From NCBI GenBank assembly GCA_002633005.1, contig NMRA01000220.1, forward strand, positions 62,001 to 126,000: 64,000 nucleotides of DNA, read 5' to 3'. Of the stretch, positions 1 to 14,800 are shown one piece after another; positions within the stretch are counted from its first letter, which is position 1; each line of letters begins with the position of its first letter. The stretch comes from Phoronis australis (taxonomy: Eukaryota > Animalia > Phoronida). Both the position numbers and the translations under genes were made by a program. The notes under the pieces were generated by a model, which saw only the letters and a program-made list of their open reading frames with translations, made no database searches and had not been told where the DNA came from.

Positions 1-1798
1 TCTGCAGCGCGGCGTCGCAAGACAAATGTCACTGCGAATACACAACTGACAGAGGCTTTAGTGAACGAATCCCTAGTGTGACAAAAATCTCAATCCAAGT
101 CAACAAAGAAAAAATCTCAATCATTATCTTATCGTATTGAGTTTGTGAAACATTTGCAAGATATCCCCAGCTAGACAAGGTCGCGAGAAAGATAAACGCT
201 GAAAATGCAAATAAGAACCCACAACAAGACCGACGTGTCTGTATAAATCTCAGTTTAAGTCCATGCGCAGCATGGCGTAATACTCTCATTGGCTCAATTT
301 CCTTGTATTTCAAATACATGCATCTCGATCCACCTTCCTCAGTTGGAAAACCAGTCACTAAAAAACACAAGCCAATATTCTAGAAGCAACAGGAATACCG
401 TTTTACTGTCATCCAAAGCAATGAATGCTCGCAATGAAATTTTTATACTATCAAGGTTATGTAGGACCCTAAAAAGTGTTCAATTTTGGCCAACTTTAAA
501 ACATCACACCTCAGAAGTGGCGTAACAGATTTATGCTTCATGCATTTTTCTCCAAAACGCTATTAGCAATTGTTCTTTAAATGTTCCAGTTTTGCATGAG
601 AGACTATAGAAAATAGGACTTACACGATTTTGATTTAAAAATAAAATGAAACTGCATGAAAAGAAAACGAAACTATAATTTAGAAAACTGTAATAGAGTT
701 CTTGAGATTTTATCTTCAACATTTTTATCATGCGAAATTTGGTCATATAATTGATCCTGTTGTTTTGTTATGAAAAAATATATCTCGTTTTTTTACTAAA
801 ATTTACTAAAAAGCATGGTCAAGTGAACTTATTGGAGGCAAATTGGTATTAAGTCAACTATAACACTCTACGGTATTTATGCTTTCAGAAAAGATAAAAC
901 TTTTGTTGAGTTATACTACAACTGGCTAAATGTACCGACTTGTCGATAAGGTCCCACATAAAGTTATGATTATCTAGTACCTTACTAAACGACCTTAACT
1001 CTAAGTCGAATATCGAAAAATCTGCGCTTTGTCAACCATTAAAAGTATATATTTTCTGAAAGGAGAAAGATCGAGAATTCCAAAAATAAGCTTCTTACTA
1101 CTGTGCCTTTATCATTGTCACGTAACCACGTTTTTAAGTCGAATTTCATTTGCAAAAAAGGTGCATCCGATTTTACTAAAATTTTTCTTAATGAAACTTT
1201 TACGTTATGTCTCAAAAACGCTGTTAGGATTTTGTCTAGTTTTTTACAAAAATGCCTTGTGTTTTGTTAGTTAATTTGGCACAAAATCCGAAGTACGTGG
1301 TAGCAGAACATACAAATGACGCGATTCGCAAAATGTCTCCACACTACGCCTGACTACAGAGGTACCAAGGCCTGACCGAGGCAAAGCAAATTACCTAGAA
1401 TGTCTTAGCTCAGCCGAGTCCATGAAGGCGCTATAGAAGGGACGAAGATGGGTCATATTTCAGCCAATAAAAACTCTTCAGTGAATGTTGCTAAGCCAAT
1501 GAAATTACATGTTTTATGTTGGTTAGTTATCCATCGTATCCATTAAATCTCGTCCACCGTGCAAGGTCTTATCCTGCATATATAACCATGCAGACTATGT
1601 ATATAACGGTAGGACATCTATTGTCTCGTTTGAATAACTCACTACACTGTGACATGTGTACTCCTAGCGAGCATTGCCGCTCTAAATAGTAATTTGCATG
1701 GGTCAGTGGCTTTTGAAGGACTGCTTCAACCCTGAACCCGCGTTTGTGTCAAGTTGAGCTTGAGGCGGGATTTTGAACATCATTCGGCGAGCGACGTC

Positions 1799-2252
1799 GT
1801 CACCCGTTCCCAACACCGTAACTCTGTTCAAGAGTCAATTAAATGCAAGCCGTTACATGCTTGAACCAAAGTTGTATTTGGAATACAGAGAAAATGTGTT
1901 ACTTTTGCTAAAAACTTCACAAAGAGGCCATTTGGCTATGCTAATTTTTCAAAATCAACAAAAATTAAAGTAAGTATACAAAATTTGACTTACCCTTCTG
2001 CTCGCATTTGAGACTGCCATTTTGTAAACTCGGCGCGAAATACAGATGCTAGTCTCGAAGCTGAATGTAAGCAATAATCTTGGTAACGAGAATGTAGACA
2101 TCGTGGCCGCTTTGTAACATGCATGTAGGACCCGTTGAAAAGTGTTGCTGTGTATTACGCAATATAGCAATACATTACAGTGAGTTGCAAGCATGTAACG
2201 GCTTGCATTTAATTGACTCTTGAATAGAGTTACGGTGTTTGGAAGGGGTGAC
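1799..2252. mobile_element. MITE-like element with ~65-bp terminal inverted repeats
   Basis: GTCACCC..CACCGTAACTCTGTTCAAGAGTCAATTAAATGCAAGCCGTTACATGCTTG (1799-1863) is mirrored by CAAGCATGTAACGGCTTGCATTTAATTGACTCTTGAATAGAGTTACGGTG..GGGTGAC (2188-2252); no coding capacity. Confidence 0.7.
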
Positions 2253-2771
2253 GTCGTTTGAGCTAGACATCAGCAATTTTTTACGGTTCTGCTCCGACTG
2301 CGCCTATGCTACTGTAATTGATTTTGCGAATGCCAAGTGTGCATGTTCATTGTAACTCAGACTTCATTACACCAGTAAAGCTCGACGTGTCCGTTTTGCG
2401 AGCAAGACAAACACCTCGCATGGCGGGACTGGCAACCACTTCAAATTCAATGCATGTAAGTGGGCCCAGTAAAGGTTAAAACACCAAGTATCCAAAACAC
2501 GTTGAAACGTCATGTTTTACTGTGTACAGGTGTATATACTATTTTCTCCATGAAATGTTTATTTTGTAGATTTTGTATATATTATTAATCTAGCATGCGT
2601 ATTTAATATATTTGTCTGCGTCATAAATCAAGGTAGGTGAAGGTAAAACAAAGATAATTACTGGAAGCTTGTGATATCACAATGTGTGACGATTACTGTT
2701 TCCACCATTCATGATATGTATTATCTTTGTTAATTATACGATTAGTATCATGCGCAGATAAGGGAATAGGC

Positions 2772-2781
2772 TATTTATAAG
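2772..2781 (+). promoter_or_regulatory. TATA-like box of the GH16 glucanase gene
   Basis: TATTTATAAG about 50-60 nt upstream of the ATG at 2831. Confidence 0.5.
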
Positions 2782-2830
2782 GGCTTAGCCATTTTAACTG
2801 CGTCGAGGAAATAACTGAAAGTCTCGGAAA

Positions 2831-5800
2831 ATGAGATTCATAATATTGACATTGCTAGCTGCTCAATGCTTGGCTGAAGGTAAGTTTGCAAAGAATTGAA
2901 ACTTCGCAGTCGAATGTCATTTATTTGCAAGAGTCAATCTTCCTCCCCCTTCTGCGCTAACCCGGCACAGGGGCGTTATCTCTACCAGAATTCTTTTCAA
3001 GCGAAGACATATGTTTTTAGCCATTCGAACTACGCTACTTTTCTTGTGAACACTGCCATATTCTCACGAATAACTGTGTCAACGTTTTGAATGTCTAGCT
3101 CTCGTTCTTGTCACTGGGACTGTTTTTTAGATGAAACAATTAATGGACGAATCGAGACAAACGAAAGAATTAGAAAAGGAACGCCAGAAAAGACAGCCGA
3201 GTAAAAACAGGATAAGCGTAGTAGAAGCAAAGTCTCACGAAAGAAGCTAGTTTGATGCTTGCAATACATGGCGATATCTTGCGAACTGCTTGCGTTCTCT
3301 TGAGTTTCTTGCAGTCTTGGGAACGCACACTTGGACTGCGCTAGACATAATAGGACACGTGCGCTGCATTTGCGGCAAGAGAAATGAATTCTTCTCCATA
3401 ATTCAACTTCCCAACCTCACCGACCAATCATTTCAGTGGCCACCCTTTTAGTAAGGTTAGCTATTAAGTTCCTGTCCTTCCACTTGAGTGTTCTCTTGGT
3501 GTTTCGATAGGTTCTTGCTTCTATGGAACACAGCCCTGTTTGGAGCTACGTGCCACCCACGTCTTAACAGGGGACTTTCAGTAGGGAGCTTTTCATATTG
3601 GCGCTCTCTAGAGCAATTAGAGCACAAGAATGACTCTCGATTGATCCCCACTCAGATTTGGTGGACAGTAGTTCAATTACTACATAGTGGTTCAAAGGAA
3701 TAAATTCCACTGTCAGCCGCCAACCCATTGTTTGATTCGTTAAAGTTCATCAATATACTTTAGCTCTTTACCGGCTAAGATCGAAATTCTCCCGCTTTAG
3801 CGCGAGAAACTGGCTTAGTTTGTCGCGGATACATCTTCGCAGATGGAAATGTATTGAGCAGGACACACTTGCTCATCGTTTGATATTTCAAAAGGTTTGC
3901 CTCTTTTCGTAAGGCATTGGTACATCCCACCGCACAGCATTGGAATTTTGCCGACTTTATTGTGGCAGGGAAGGTGTTAAAACGCTGTTTATACCAGTTG
4001 GTTGAAACCTCCAGTCCGCATTGCATGGGATTTGTAGATTGCGCTGAACGCCTGTCTACCAAAGACCTAAGCGACGTCTGGCGAGTCAATGAATTTCGAT
4101 AAGGAGCGGCTACTTCGAAAGTCAGCTATTAGCAACGAGGCAACTGATCGCGTGGGACTCGATATTATTGGGATCTAGAGGACGAGACGGCGTTTCCACT
4201 GCTGTTTAAAACGCATTCGTCACTGAGTCTCCATAAGCGTTAATTTGCATTAATTTTATTTTTGTCTTAACGCGAATAAAGTGTATTACTACTACTACTA
4301 CTACTAATCACAAAGTACACTGCAAATAAATCTAAACAAAGTCAAACCTGTTCCCATATGTTACCCGTTGCCACATCCTTGATTCCTGGTACAATCACGA
4401 GACCAGCCTCCATTGATTCCTGGAAGTCTCTCATTGCTGGAGCAAGCTCAGTGCCCGTGCTGCAGTGAGAGGGCACAGGCACTCTGATCAACCGCGCACT
4501 CAACTTGACACTTTTAGAAGGTATACAACAATAATTCAGTATGGTTGCCCAGGTGAGGCACTTTTGGAACATTTGAATCAGGGAGTGTGTAGATAAGACA
4601 ATTCTTGAATTACTAACGTTCCCCACCTTAATTAGAATAGTCGCTGTAGTGGGGCGTAGGCGCACGTAGGCGCCACCGTTTGGTATTTGAAGGTACGGCC
4701 CACGCTCCGAAAGTTACGTTCAGTGCTCAACTAAGGTGATACGGTGGGCTTTGGGCGCCTACCTACCTCTAATTTTACCACTAGAGCTCTGCTTAGAATG
4801 TAGAGCACAGGATAAGTAAGGGTTCATGTGCATTAATCTATTTACTAACAATTTGTGCTGTATTGTCACCGTATTAATGGAAAAGTATTTGGCGATAATG
4901 TTGAAACCGTCCTAAGGGCTATATGTTTATATATGTTATCACCAACTACACTTCAGTAATCGAACAATCAATTTTCTGCAAATCTTTTCTTGTCAAATTC
5001 ACATCAGAAGATAATTTATGGTGGCAGGGGTCGTTAAGAGACATACATTGGTCTAGTGGGCGTTACATGGTCTCTGTCGAAGGTGTGAGCCTATTGGCTA
5101 CTTGTATTTTCAGCTCGTTCGGAACACCTCGGGTATTTTCTGTGGCCCAATTTCCCCCCATAGGTGAAAGTTCTGTGCGCATGTGCGAATTTTAGTTAAA
5201 GGGCCAATCGTTCTCCAGTTTGAAAGTCACATGACTTGTCTACGCGGCCAACACACTACCGAGGGATTCCGAATGATTTCCAGCCATCGTATGAACAATT
5301 TCAAACTCCTCCATTCTGCTTCATTACCTTTTAATTTGCTTCCACTAAATCATTTTAGAAGCACGACCGCAGCTGAAGCTCATTTTCCAAGATGACTTCA
5401 ACGGCAACTCCCTCGACACCAGCAAATGGGACTACGAAATCACAACAAGCGGAGGTGGCGTAAGTTAGAAATTAGGTCTCCGTTCTCATTTGATAGTGGA
5501 ACAAAACTGCGCCGTACGCGTCTCTATCGTTTTTGTATCGTTTAAAAAAGTTTGTCGTTCCGCGTATCGTTTTCGTATAATTTTTCAAAAGTTCTCCGTC
5601 CACACGAATATACTAATCGAACTATGACCGGAAAATGTTAATTTTTCTATGCGTTTCCAAAAACGTATACGTTTTCAAAAGTAATCGTTTTTTGTTTATG
5701 GCAGTCTGGAGAAAGCCGTATTTGTACAAGTGCGATGTCAAGAAATTCCGTTCAGGAGATTGTTTTCAAAAGTTAGCGCCCTTTGGCTGTCGAAGCCAAT

Positions 5801-8800
5801 GGGGGATACATGCAAGTGGAAGTCATATCCACAAAGAAAAACTATGTGTTTTCAAATGAAAACAGAGTCGTGTGGACACGCTTTAACTGTTCTAGACCTA
5901 CCAATTGAAGTACAATACTTTGTGCAAACCTGTTCTGTCGAAACCTTCTTTGGAAAATTCTTCAAAATGACTGGAAATGCAATCGGAACCAACCCAAAAG
6001 AACAGTTCCAGCCTACAAACGAGATTGGGGACGTCACGTGCAAGAAACGTTTTTAAAATATCGTTCGTGGAAAAGGTGATGCTACTCGATGTTAACAGTT
6101 GTACCGAAATTTACACCTCCGCACGAACGTACACATCACCGGTATATGTTTAGCTGTTACCCGTAAAACTTGACACGTGTCAAGAAGGGACTTGGTGAAA
6201 TCAGTAGTAAAGTTTTAGTCATCTTTCAGAACAACGAATACCAAATTTATACTCCGGAGAAAGCTAACACGTACGTCAAGGGTGGCAAGCTGTATATCAA
6301 GCCGGTATGTATGAAACAATAATTTTACATATTATGGTTTAGAAACAATGTTCATTTAATGTACATGTTAACTCCATATCGGGTACCACATAATATAAAT
6401 CTTTGATTGTGATATTTCAGTGATGTTTGTTGAGATGGATTTGCTCATAGTTTTTCGATTATGCGCGCGCACCCGGGGTGGGGGGTTGGGGGATTGGGGT
6501 CTCGANGGACCTTTTACTCGCAGGATTCGCGGGGTACATTCATAACGACGTTGAATTTTAAATGGCATTGCATGCGGACGTAGGACACTAAAGAAACTGA
6601 CTGAGCCCACGTGTTAATGAAGAACCGAACATAAATTAATTGTTGTAAAATTGCCGGTATCTACGCGGGCACATATGCCTAATAACGTGAGCACAACAAG
6701 CCCAAGACTACGTTTTTAAGCATCTGAGCATCATAAACGAGTAAGTTGTTTCATACTTTTACACCACAAAAGAGTACTACGTCTGACTGCACCTTTACTT
6801 AGAAATTACATGTACAGTAGGCCTACAATGTATATGATGAAACTTGACTCCTGAAACGAAGATGGCTCGCTTCGTAAGTGCAGAGTAGGTACCTACGTAT
6901 AACTATGTTTGGAAATAAAAGTCTCATTTTTAATGTGATTGTTGAACTGTCCATTGAATATGCAACACACTTTTTCTGCGTCATTTACTGGTCGTCGAAA
7001 TTCAAAACAACACTTTCTAGTGGAAGGCTCCGTCGATGCTTTCTGGCAAACTTTTCAGCACCACTTTTGAAAGGTCTATCGGCAAGTTGTAATAAATATG
7101 TATCAATGTAAATGCCAAGAGATGATCTTCATTCATACAAACGTGTGTGAACGTGTAGAGACGTCTCAAAAGTACTCCGTCCGAAAATTTGATGCGCCAT
7201 CTCAGTAACTCGTCATCAACCATGTTCGGAGATGGAAGATCTGCAATGTATTTAGTTAAGGCCCTGTTGTCTGCTGGCTAATTGGTGGTCATAACAGAAG
7301 GAACAAGACTAATCACATTGGCCACTTTTTTGTGTAGCCCACTGAACCGCGTTTCGAGATGGTTCATAACGTATGCAATAAATGATATCGCCACCCGTTG
7401 ATCCTGTAATATTGCTCAGGAAGGAGACCCAACTCTGAGCCACTATTACCCCGGCTGCACTCCACGCCGCAAACGCGTGGCTTTAATGGTGATACGTCAA
7501 CTTGCACAGCCATACTACAGGCAAACGCTTTACACTTCTGGGCGACGAATCCATTTCTAGAGCTCTGGTCGTACTCAGGACAGTTCTCGCTTATCGTGTA
7601 GTCAGGGCTCCAGCGACCAACGGCAGTTTTAAATTTAAGAAGACTGAATGGGACCTTCTGGCTTCGTGAAGACTGGAGGGGACAGGGAAGCCTACTACTT
7701 ACATTTAGTTTCGACCCGGTCGTGCGCGTGGTTCCGGTGGGTGAGGTTGAGGCGCAACGACCCTAAACGTTTCAGTCTCGCAGTGAAATGATACGATCTT
7801 TACATGGGTTTGATGAATGTATCGTGGTTGGTGATTCATCAATATTCCTACATCACATTCTTTAAATGTACAAAAACATGCGGGCAATTTTGCATGCGCA
7901 TGAAATCCAAACAAAGTGTTTTATCATGATTACCCGGGCATTTTATTCGGTATAGTACACCACTCAGTGGATCTTATGATAACGAAATAGACCTTTTGGG
8001 AAGAAGTGGAGCTAATTGGCTGCTGAAAATATTCCATACAGAAAATTGAAGTCCACGAAAATCTTTAATCCCCAATATATTTTTATCGAAACCAATTAGA
8101 TGTTGGAATACCGTGCAGTTATCGACGAATAAAACTATAAAATAGTAAAACTAGTAAAACTAAAACGACGAGCGTCGGTTCTAAAATATATTGATAATAT
8201 TAATATTAATATATTTTAGTACCGACGCTCGTCGTTTTAGTTTTACTAGTTTTACTATTTTATATTTTTTATCGCTTTATACGCATTCTACCACACGGTG
8301 GCTCGAGCCCCGTCCCTGTTATTCATCGATTTTAAAGCTATGAATTGTACATTTGCCGAATTTCGGCAGTTCCTGCCTTTTTAGTGGACTTTGTCTCGTT
8401 AACTACTTTTTTGGGAGTTTTTGTCCTTCTCATTTCTCCGAGGCGGACCCTTTTTAGAATTTAGAATTGTTGTTTTCTTTAATATATGCTGCTACTTGCT
8501 ATCATGGAGATCTTTTGGTCTCATTAAAACTCTAATAGACAGGGTATATCGCATTAACAACACTTGGGCTAGATTTGATTCTACTTCCAACCAACTAACA
8601 AAAGAATGGCTATCCCCAAGAACTAGTCAATTGGGTACTGAAAGCAAGACTCCAACGTAACCCTGATGATGTTCATCCTATAGACAAAACTAACTACAAG
8701 TACTTTAAAATAGCCTATGTTGGGTTTTACGCCAAGATTGCTCTACGAAAACTCAACAAATTGGTGAATGATTACTGTGCGAACTAAAGAGCTGTATTAA

Positions 8801-11800
8801 CATTCAAGTCTCTTAAATTGTCAAATTTATTTAACCCTAAGGACAAAATTCCTATGGGTCTACGGTCCAGGGTAGTGTACAAATTTGTCCGTGCTGGATG
8901 TGGCTCCAGTTATATAGGCGAAACTGTTCGCCATTTGAAAACCAGGACCAAGGAACATCTAAATTCTGACAGAAGTTCACATGTAAATATTCACCTACAG
9001 AGCTCCAATCATTGTTATCAGCAGTGCTCTTTCAATGACTTTGCAATAATAAACCAAGCAGCAACAAAAAAGGAGCTTAAAATTCGTGAGGCTTTACACA
9101 TCAGTTGGTGCAAGCCCAATCTCAATAGGCAATTGGCACACCACAGGTTGTCATTGTTGGTCTAGTTCATTGTCACTCCCTGTAACTGTTTTTTTTTTTG
9201 TGTTTCATCACTTGTTGCTGGGCCTAGCTAGGTGGCCACTGCATTATCTCTTCTGATGATGGTGTTTGAATAAATGACACCGAAACATGTCAAGTCGACT
9301 TAAAACCATTGTTGTTTTTTAATATATGCTGCTACTTGCTATCATGGAGAACAGTTATCTTGTTTGCACGCTGTTGCTCGGAAAAGATATATACATGTAG
9401 GTAATGTATTTGTATTGTCATTCTTACAGACTCTTACTGCTGACAAGTTTGGTGAATCATTCCTGACGAAAGGCGTTCTGGACTTGAAGAGTAAGACATT
9501 TGTTTGGAACGCTTTCGAGCTGGTTAAGAAGTTGAGGACAGTAGATTAATGTGTAACTTAAGACGAAGAATTCTAGCCCCAGTTGAACCCTTTGATTGTA
9601 CGTCGATACTACCACTTTGTTGTGTGTATGACATACTTTTCCTGTACATGTAGGCAAGTCATGTCCAGAAACGAAAGTGAAGAATTCAAGTCCGCCCAGA
9701 CGGTTGACAATCTTGTCCAATTTGCGGTTGGACAATATTGCACTATATGCTACTATAAATTTATATTGCAATTATTATGACTTTCGACAGCTGTGTTCCA
9801 GCACCTTTATGAATGTGCATTCACGACAAACTTCCAAAGGCAGAAAGAAAAATGGGCAGACAAATATTCATTTTCCGTGACAATATCCATAAAAACTGCA
9901 TGCAATACAAATAGTGTACAATAAACGTTACAACTGGAAAGATAAGCTGTGGAGGTCGATGACTTTTTAAAATATGAAAATTCTTAACATTTTGAAAGTT
10001 CAATATAATCAGACTGGTGTTAATACCACGCACGCTTCTGGATGTCCTGTCTAGCCACTTGAACAGGCGGGCATCATCCTTTCAAAGACACAGTACGTGT
10101 ACCGTTGGGCATATCCATTGCAGAGCTTTACCAGAGATGTACCCAGTCCTTCAACTATGGATGCTACAGAGATACCAAGACGGGCTACATGATTAACCCC
10201 ACGATGTCGGGCAAGATCAAGTCCAAGATGACTTTCCGTTACGGACGAGTTGAAATCATGGCCAAAATGCCGAGAGGCGATTGGTTGTGGCCGGGTAAGA
10301 ACGTCCGGTTATAAACTATGAATATTGGTGCCATGAATTTTAGTTTCGTGAATTTCCTGTCAATTCACGTGGAGAATATTATTTTGACGATGAGATATTT
10401 CAATATCGTAATTTAAAATAGTAATATACAGTGGATGGAAACAAAACAACTGCCGTTGCGCTACATACAGCTCATGGTCCCGATACACCCAGATCATGCG
10501 ACCTACTCATAAACTTGTGTCCGCAGTACATGTCCACGTACCGTGTTGAACAGGTAGAGTACCTTTTTTAAGTCGGTAGGTGTGATTTTAGATGCGTGAG
10601 CCAAGCGTTATGACAAGTCTCTGTATGCAACCAAAAACTACTTTATAAAATTTAACGCAAAAAAAGAATGTTTTATCTGAAAGTAGAAAGTCTGAGTGTT
10701 TAATTGATTTGCGACTTTGTGCCAATCTGCCGTTGATTCGCTCACGTAATCATGCCCTTTTAGTAAAATTTCGCAAAGCAGAAATTAAGGTACAGTTTTT
10801 AGCATAGCGACAGTATTATTAACTTGACTATCTTTTGTATGATATTGATGTTCAAGATGAAGTTTGTGTGATATTGGTGTTGAAGATGAAGTTTGTGTGA
10901 TACTGATGTTCAAGATGAAGTTTGTGTGATATTGATGTTCAAGATGAAGTTTGTGTGATATTGGTGTTCAAGATGAAGTTTGTGTGATACTGATGTTCAA
11001 GATGAAGTTTGTGTGATATTGATGTTCAAGATGAAGTTTGTGTGATATTGATGTTCAAGATGAAGTTTGTATGATATTGATGTTCAAGATGAAGTTTGTA
11101 TGATATTGGTGTTCAAGATGAAGTTTGTGTGATATTGATGTTCAAGATGAAATTTCAAAAACGCTGGTACAGTTTCCCAAATTTCATTTCGACTTATGCA
11201 ACTGTTCAGCTTTTTTTCTACGGTGTTTGTATCATAATTTGCTCTACCACTAAATATTGTCCGTGCGTTATACACAGATCACTAAAAAAATAACACTTCT
11301 AATGTTGCTGCTACTGATACGATTGGTCTTTTTAATTTTTTCATTTGTCGAGTATGCTTTAAATTCTATTTCTCTCAAATTCTCCCGTGTCAGGTCAACT
11401 CTCTTGATTTTACTTAATTGCAGCCATTTGGTTCCTGCCAAGACCTAACAGCTATGGCAACTGGCCGGCTTCTGGTGAAATTGATTTGACAGAATCTAGA
11501 GGTAAAAATACGCACACGTGTATAAACTGCTAGCGAAGAAAGAAAGAGCTGGGGTCATTGTACAATTTTATTATTTCGTTGTAAATAAAGGTGTCACATA
11601 ATACATTCAATACTCTTAGGAGCTGCAACCGTTAATGGGCTAAAGATTCTTTGACAATAACTTGTGTATCAGACAATTGGGTATTACAAGATTTTGATCA
11701 AAGTATACTGCAAATTCGTAGCGAACGTTAATGACCATAGAGAGGGTATAATTGGTGACGACTGAGGTACGAAATTTTAATAAAATGTAAACTGGCACTT

Positions 11801-14800
11801 GCAACGTTTTCATTGTAACAAAACGAACTGAGTTCAATCAAACAACATGGAGGATTACTTCCTGACTATTTGTTTCTTTCCAGGAAACGCGAACTACGGA
11901 AGCTTGGGTATTCAATACATGGGATCCACCTTACACTGGGGCCCCTCTCCAAGCCAAAACCGCTATTACAAGACGCACGCTGGACAGTAAGATTCTGTTT
12001 TTATAAAAGAACATATTCCCAACGAATATGCCTTGTTTCACCCTAAGTACAGTGAAAGTGCTGACCAAAGTCTGCGTCAAATCAATCCGTGAATGTTGTT
12101 CGAAATTTTATCGTCCTCCGCAAAAAGATTTTGAAGGGTTACTAATCGAGGTCCTCAAATCAAAGATAATTCTTCGAGAAGATCCTGCCTTGGTTAAGAC
12201 CCTGTAACCGCAATTCCAAGTGTCCTACTGTATCCACAGTCCTAAAAGACAGGGTACAATTCAATAGCTTTTCATTAGTAAACTTCTCGTTTTTGTTGCT
12301 CAGCATAACCTGTAGATGACGTTACTTAGATAGATCTCCGACAATCAATTTTACCAGCAGTAATTTTTATTTAGAAGCGGTGTTTCTTTGCTGGAATCTT
12401 TTTAAATAGAATGTAATATCGGATTTACCATTTGATTTTTTGCCATGTTATCTTCTAGGATATGTTTATGGATTAAAGCAAATCTTCCACCAGACTTATA
12501 AGTGTCACTTATTGCAACACGGATGACGTTTTGTCAAAGGTCCTGCGTCTGGTCGTAGGTAACGAAGACGTGGTTGCAGGGTACGGCCGAGATCGCATCC
12601 TCTGCTTCTAAGTTTCATATGAAAAAATGTCATACTGATCGTAAATTTGACCATTACTCTCTAATGACGCTTGAATACCGTCTACTTGATCTTAGTGGCA
12701 GTGAAAGTCAACTTGAATAGTTGATTAAACAGTGTTCCCTATTCCGTATTATACCTAGTGACGAGGGCTGTTGTTTGATTTCTTTTCAGTAAGGCATCAT
12801 CTGGCACTTACGCTGATGGGATGCACAAATACGTTCTGGAATGGGATGCCAACGGTATTCGGTAAATATCAATATTTTGTTGAATTAGCTGGCTTTGACA
12901 GATTTCATCTGGTGGCGGATTAAAGTTAGCGATATTGACAACCTGTTCACACGAAAGCGGTTATATTTTGGAAAGATTATAACTGTCAGTCTGAACACTT
13001 TAAAACCGGCTGTAGCTGTAGCGCGGTTATAACCCTCTGTGAGGGTGGTTTAGCGATAGGTTAGAACAGTCTTTGTACTCCGGCAGTGTGAACACGGAAG
13101 TTGTAAAAGTCCGTAGGAGGTGCTGTTGTCGAATCTCGTTAGAAACAACGGTGCACCTGCCGAGGCCGTACTGTCACTGGGATGAATTAGATCGCGATAA
13201 AGAGTTACAACGGAGTTTAATTGTGCTGAACACAGCTTTAGATAACAAATTAGGCACTGATACTGCACAATTAATGACTTGAAATCACACAGGTCAGTAA
13301 GTTGAGTGAGGCGGAGCCGATGTTAATCCTTTTGTGCTGGTATTAACTCGTTATCCTTTCACTTATCCCCTAAGATTTAATAGCCAACAATGATAATAGT
13401 CACGCGCTGCCACGTGTTTTCCCGTTTTTGTTACCAATAATGGCCTAATTGTTTCAACATACTGGGAGCTGGTAAGATATCTTGATCCCATTAGCATTTA
13501 CGAATGTTTATCACTGTTTTTCCATAACTAATATACAAGGTTTAAAATTGGAGTGTGCTTGTTGGATTAGCTATCAAAGTGGCATTAAACCAGTGCTTTC
13601 TGTCTAAAGGACAAATTGCTTTCAATAGTTTTATACTGTTAAATGCAAATTTGAGACCAATTTATAACGGTAAGTAAAAAGATACTTACCATTGTAAATT
13701 TGGTCTCAAATTGTTCCTTACTCAACTCGGAGATGAGTACTGCCAGGGTTTCCGTGACAAAGAGCTGACATTTCGTTATATCATCAGAACGGGCCCACAA
13801 CATTTCAGGGTCACGGCAGACTTTAACATTAGCTCGGTCTGGAGTAGTAACGAACTACCAGTCTCCTCAAGCCCAGAGATCACACACAACTGAAGCCGAG
13901 TTAAGAATAAAACAGTGAATTGAATCAAAACTTAAGTTTTGACTGAAAGCGCGGTTTAAGTGTAACCATTTTTTGCTCATTTTTGATGAATATCCACTAA
14001 AATCTACCTGCAAGTGACTCTGGCATCATATACAATAAACTAGTGCTAACAATGCTAAATTATGCAAACTTGTTCATTGCCAACACCACAGTCTCTCTCT
14101 TTTAGGCGCTGCACATCTTAAATAGTGTTGCCATGATTGCCGATGGCATTCGATCCAATTTTAGATAAATGTTGCGAGTTTTTAATCTGTGATGCACTTT
14201 TGCAACCACGAAAATATCCTGATAGTCCTGACAAGTTTTCTAGTCATTGAGATGAGATTTAATGCCGTGTTTTTAAAAATTCTATACATGATCTAGTTCA
14301 TTTGTCATTTGGAATGTATTGTTGTTTTAGTACCTTCATTGACAATGCACCGGTTCTGAATGTAAAGACGCCGTCGGGTGGATACTTCCGATGGGGCGGA
14401 TTCTCTGGTCACAATCCATGGGCCCATGGATCCCAGGCTGCGCCATTCGACAAGCCTGTGAGTATATGCGCGTGCATGGAGTGAAGAACGCGTGCGTTCA
14501 GTAGACGCTAGGACCTACGCTAGGACCTAGCTGAAACCTAGTCAAAGTCACGTGCTCTCATTTAAAATTCACGGCAATATCTCACGTAATTTCGCGAAGT
14601 CTTGCTTTTTAGCGAGGTCCTAGCGTTACTGAACGGGAGGCTGTTGAACAGGTTTTAACTGCGATTATGTCAAATATATCATTTAAACAAAATCTTGCTC
14701 TGCAGCCGTCTAGTATCCTCAAAAGGTTCGAGCCAGCTTAAAAATACCCTTGCAAAATCTGCCGCCTGGATCAACACCTGACCGTAACTAACGCATTAGA

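Noticed and set aside
10841-11151. 29-bp repeats (also 26472-26704) as CRISPR arrays
   Set aside because: Units are head-to-tail with no spacers, no cas genes, and lie in eukaryotic introns.
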